DNA of 64,000 bases from the human T2T-CHM13v2.0 reference genome, Homo sapiens: assembly GCF_009914755.1 (NCBI RefSeq), contig NC_060925.1; one strand, written 5' to 3'. The notes beneath the pieces are model-generated. The model was not told the origin of the DNA, did no database searches, and worked only from the letters and a program-made list of their open reading frames with translations. The position numbers and the translations under genes are program-made. Below are positions 60,952 to 64,000 of the stretch, piece by piece (the stretch's first letter is position 1; each line of letters starts with the position of its first letter).

Positions 60952-62004
60952 GCCCCCGGCTCTAGAGGGCTTTGGGAGAGGGGATGTGCGCAGAAGCCCC
61001 CGGCTCTAGAGGGCTTTGGGAGAGGGGATGTCCGCAGAAGCCCCTGGCATGGTCTAGAGGGCTTTGGGAGAGGGGATGTCCGCAGAAGCCCCTGGCATGG
61101 TCTAGAGGGCTTTGGGAGAGGGGATGTGCGCAGAAGCCCCCGGCTCTAGAGGGCTTTGGGAGAGGGGATGTGCGCAGAAGCCCCTGGCATGGTCTAGAGG
61201 GCTTTGGGAGAGGGGATGTGCGCAGAAGCCCCTGGCATGGTCTAGAGGGCTTTGGGAGAGGGGATGTGCGCAGAAGCCCCTGGCATGGTCTAGAGGGCTT
61301 TGGGAGAGGGGATGTGCGCAGAAGCCCCTGGCATGGTCTAGAGGGCTTTGGGAGAGGGGATGTCCGCAGAAGCCCCTGGCATGGTCTAGAGGGCTTTGGG
61401 AGAGGGGATGTGCGCAGAAGCCCCTGGCATGGTCTAGAGGGCTTTGGGAGAGGGGATGTGCGCAGAAGCCCCTGGCATGGTCTAGAGGGCTTTGGGAGAG
61501 GGGATGTGCGCAGAAGCCCCTGGCATGGTCTAGAGGGCTTTGGGAGAGGGGATGTGCGCAGAAGCCCCTGGCATGGTCTAGAGGGCTTTGGGAGAGGGGA
61601 TGTGCGCAGAAGCCCCTGGCATGGTCTAGAGGGCTTTGGGAGAGGGGATGTGCGCAGAAGCCCCTGGCATGGTCTAGAGGGCTTTGGGAGAGGGGATGTG
61701 CGCAGAAGCCCCCGGCTCTAGAGGGCTTTGGGAGAGGGGATGTGCGCAGAAGCCCCTGGCATGGTCTAGAGGGCTTTGGGAGAGGGGATGTGCGCAGAAG
61801 CCCCTGGCATGGTCTAGAGGGCTTTGGGAGAGGGGATGTCCGCAGAAGCCCCTGGCATGGTCTAGAGGGCTTTGGGAGAGGGGATGTCCGCAGAAGCCCC
61901 TGGCATGGTCTAGAGGGCTTTGGGAGAGGGGATGTGCGCAGAAGCCCCTGGCATGGTCTAGAGGGCTTTGGGAGAGGGGATGTGCGCAGAAGCCCCTGGC
62001 ATGG
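60952..62004. repeat. 48/44-bp minisatellite, 22 units (19 long, 3 short)
   Basis: TCTAGAGGGCTTTGGGAGAGGGGATGT(G/C)CGCAGAAGCCCC(TGGCATGG/CGGC); XbaI site in every unit from 60961 to 61957. Confidence 0.98.
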
Positions 62005-62182
62005 CCCCCTTCTAGTGGGTCAGTCAGCACAACCATCAAGTTCCAAGCTCAGATTCAGGTGGAGGACACAGATCTCCAAGGCGTGCACAGCCGGAGGCCT
62101 GAGTGAGCACCTCTGACTGTCCAGCCCAGAGTAGGTGTTGAGTAAGAGCGGTCAAGCAGTGCCAGTTGGTAAAACCCACGCG

Positions 62183-62590
62183 GCGTTAGCTTCCTGGGGA
62201 GGTCCTAACCGGGTACCCCAGCCTGAGTGGCTGAAACAACAGATACTTCTCCTCCCACGGTCCTCAGGGCCAGAAGTCTGGGATCAGCTGTGGGCGGGGC
62301 GGTCCTTTGGAGGCTCTGAGAACCCTTGTCCCGGCCTCCTTCTGGCTCCCTGGGGCTGCCGGCATCTTTGGCGTTCCCTAGTTTGTAGGAGCATCGCCCA
62401 GCCTCAGCCTCTGTGTGCATGTCATATTCTACCCCGTGCGTGTTCACGTCCAGAGCCGTGTTTTATCAGGACACGGTCATTTGGATAAGGGAGCCACCCC
62501 CAGCAAGGTGAGCTATCTTAACCCATCGCATCCGTGATGACCCTTCTTCCAAATAATGGCCGCTGGGACTGCAACCTACGAATATGGATA
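62183..62590 (-). mobile_element. MLT1-family (MLT1C/D-like) solo LTR
   Basis: TTAGCTTCCT..GTGGCTGAAACAACAGA..GGCCAGAAGTCTG..GGAGGCTCTG..TGCCGGCATCTTTGGCGTTCCCTAGTTTGTAG..AGGACACGGTCATTTGGATAAGGG. Confidence 0.8.
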
Positions 62591-63817
62591 ACCTCACTTC
62601 ATCTCCCATGGCCCCCTCTTCCCAAGGGAGCCCTGGGGCCCAGGGGACGCAGCTGCCACCAAGGCCCTGCTGGAATGTTCCCTGATCCTCATCCAGCCAG
62701 CCACCCCTTCCCTCTAAAGCAGGTTGTTCTGAATCTGGGCCACTGGCCCGCTGCGCCCTGAAGCCTGTGTCGTCCATCAACTTCCAGAGGCCGCCGCTTC
62801 ATGAATTACACACCATGCAAACGTCCGGCCAGCGGCTTAAGTATAAAGCGTGAGAAACACAGGAGATCATTCCGTGTTCGTGGTTTTGTAAGGTTTGAAA
62901 AGCGATTTAAAATAATTTTAGGTTGTCCTGGGGTTGGCGAACAGTGTAATAGGCAATTTGAGAAGGCAAAGTTTTTAAACTGAAAGGTTTTGCCTCCTTG
63001 TTTCTAATTTTTAGAAACATGATGGATGTCAGCCGTGAGGTTGGGCCGACAGCTTCTGGGAACGATTTCCCAGCTCGCTCGGACCCAGGCGGGGGACCCT
63101 GCCAGGAGGGCACCGAGGGCCATGGCCACGTACAGAAAGAGGACGGCTTCCAGTCTTCAAATTGGAAACCTGCACCCGGCCTCCCTTGGCTAACCTCAAT
63201 CCCATAAGCAATCCGAAGGCATTGCTGAGCGGACAGAAAACTTTCCCGGTGTGTAGCCCGCTCGGTGTCTCTGGAAACCATGGTCGGAGGTGTGAGGGAT
63301 TGCTCACTAAACGCGGACGGCAGGCGAGGGGCTAGGAGGTGGCGTGGTCGAGCGAGGTGACCTGCGAGGGAAATGAGGTCACGGTCCCGCGTGATCATGG
63401 GGTCAGGCGTCCCGGCAGCAGTGCAGGGGAGGGGCTGTGTTTGCGGGGGGAGGCTGTTGGGAAATGGAGGTCGCAGTGCTCCACCCACCGCCCAGCCCGC
63501 CTCCGTTCTCTGCTGGCCCCAGCTCCTTGGGAGATGCAGGTGGGAAGGCCGTCGCCACCGTGGGGAATCAGATGTGCCCCGTGCTTGTTCCCCAGAGGTG
63601 CAAGCCCTGACCTCCGCCCTGCACAGGCCTCCTGCCACCCTGGGGATCAGCCGTGTTCCAATGGTAGGCTGGCGCCTCTCTGTGCCAAGTGACATGGTGC
63701 TTGGGGAGATGCCTGGGCATGGCCTGGTAGGCCAGTCACAGGAGCTCCGGGCCCCCCTCTGCCTGGCCCTTCATGCAGGGACTCAGCAGGCAGGCAGTCT
63801 TCTGGTGTGAGCGCCCG

Positions 63818-64000
63818 TGGGCTCAGGAGTGGGGCTTACCTAGGCCCAGGGACAGGGACTTACCTGGCCTCAGGGGCATGGACTCACCTGGGCTCAGGGA
63901 CAGTGACTTACCTGGGCTCAGGGACAGGGATGCACTTGGCCTTAGGGGCATGGACTCACCTGGGCTCAGGGACAGGGTTGCACTTGGCCTCAGGGGCATG
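63818..64000. repeat. 24-bp minisatellite running off the window end
   Basis: Unit approximately GGGCTCAGGGACAGGGACTTACCT with variants; ACT(T/C)ACCTG at 63858, 63882, 63906, 63954. Confidence 0.93.

Noticed and set aside
60952-62004. CRISPR array or synthetic concatemer (XbaI site in every unit)
   Set aside because: Units abut with no spacers, and degenerate partial units blend into both flanks, as in natural VNTRs

Overview
Human (primate) GC-rich, minisatellite-rich genomic DNA with no supportable protein-coding exon. A 61-nt stretch at 26077-26137 matches my recollection of the hsa-mir-4251 hairpin. That would place the whole window inside the very long first intron of PRDM16 (1p36.32), sense on +. 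This is recalled, not searched. Contents: four Alus (three with visible TSDs), three MLT1 LTRs, MER20, one full and one half MER53, old L1/L2/MIR fragments, several VNTRs and CA/TG arrays, and many AT-rich islands dense in homeodomain/SOX/FOX/TALE motifs that look like developmental enhancers. All long ORFs are explained by GC content or tandem repeats. I found no new gene system. The most notable unexplained structures are: (1) a gap-free 95-bp non-Alu inverted repeat (18960-19054 / 20425-20519); (2) a ~150-bp direct duplication bracketing an enhancer-like island (22288-22439 / 25104-25251); (3) two unusually long heat-shock elements (30524-30553, 36799-36818); (4) tandem repeats that multiply single regulatory words: forkhead GTAAACA x5, RBFOX UGCAUG x12, E-box CACGTG x13, and antisense consensus 5' splice sites / U1 5'-end mimics in a 24-bp VNTR; (5) a miR-1302-like MER53 hairpin. 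Repeat family names and motif calls were made by eye and need RepeatMasker and motif-scan confirmation.
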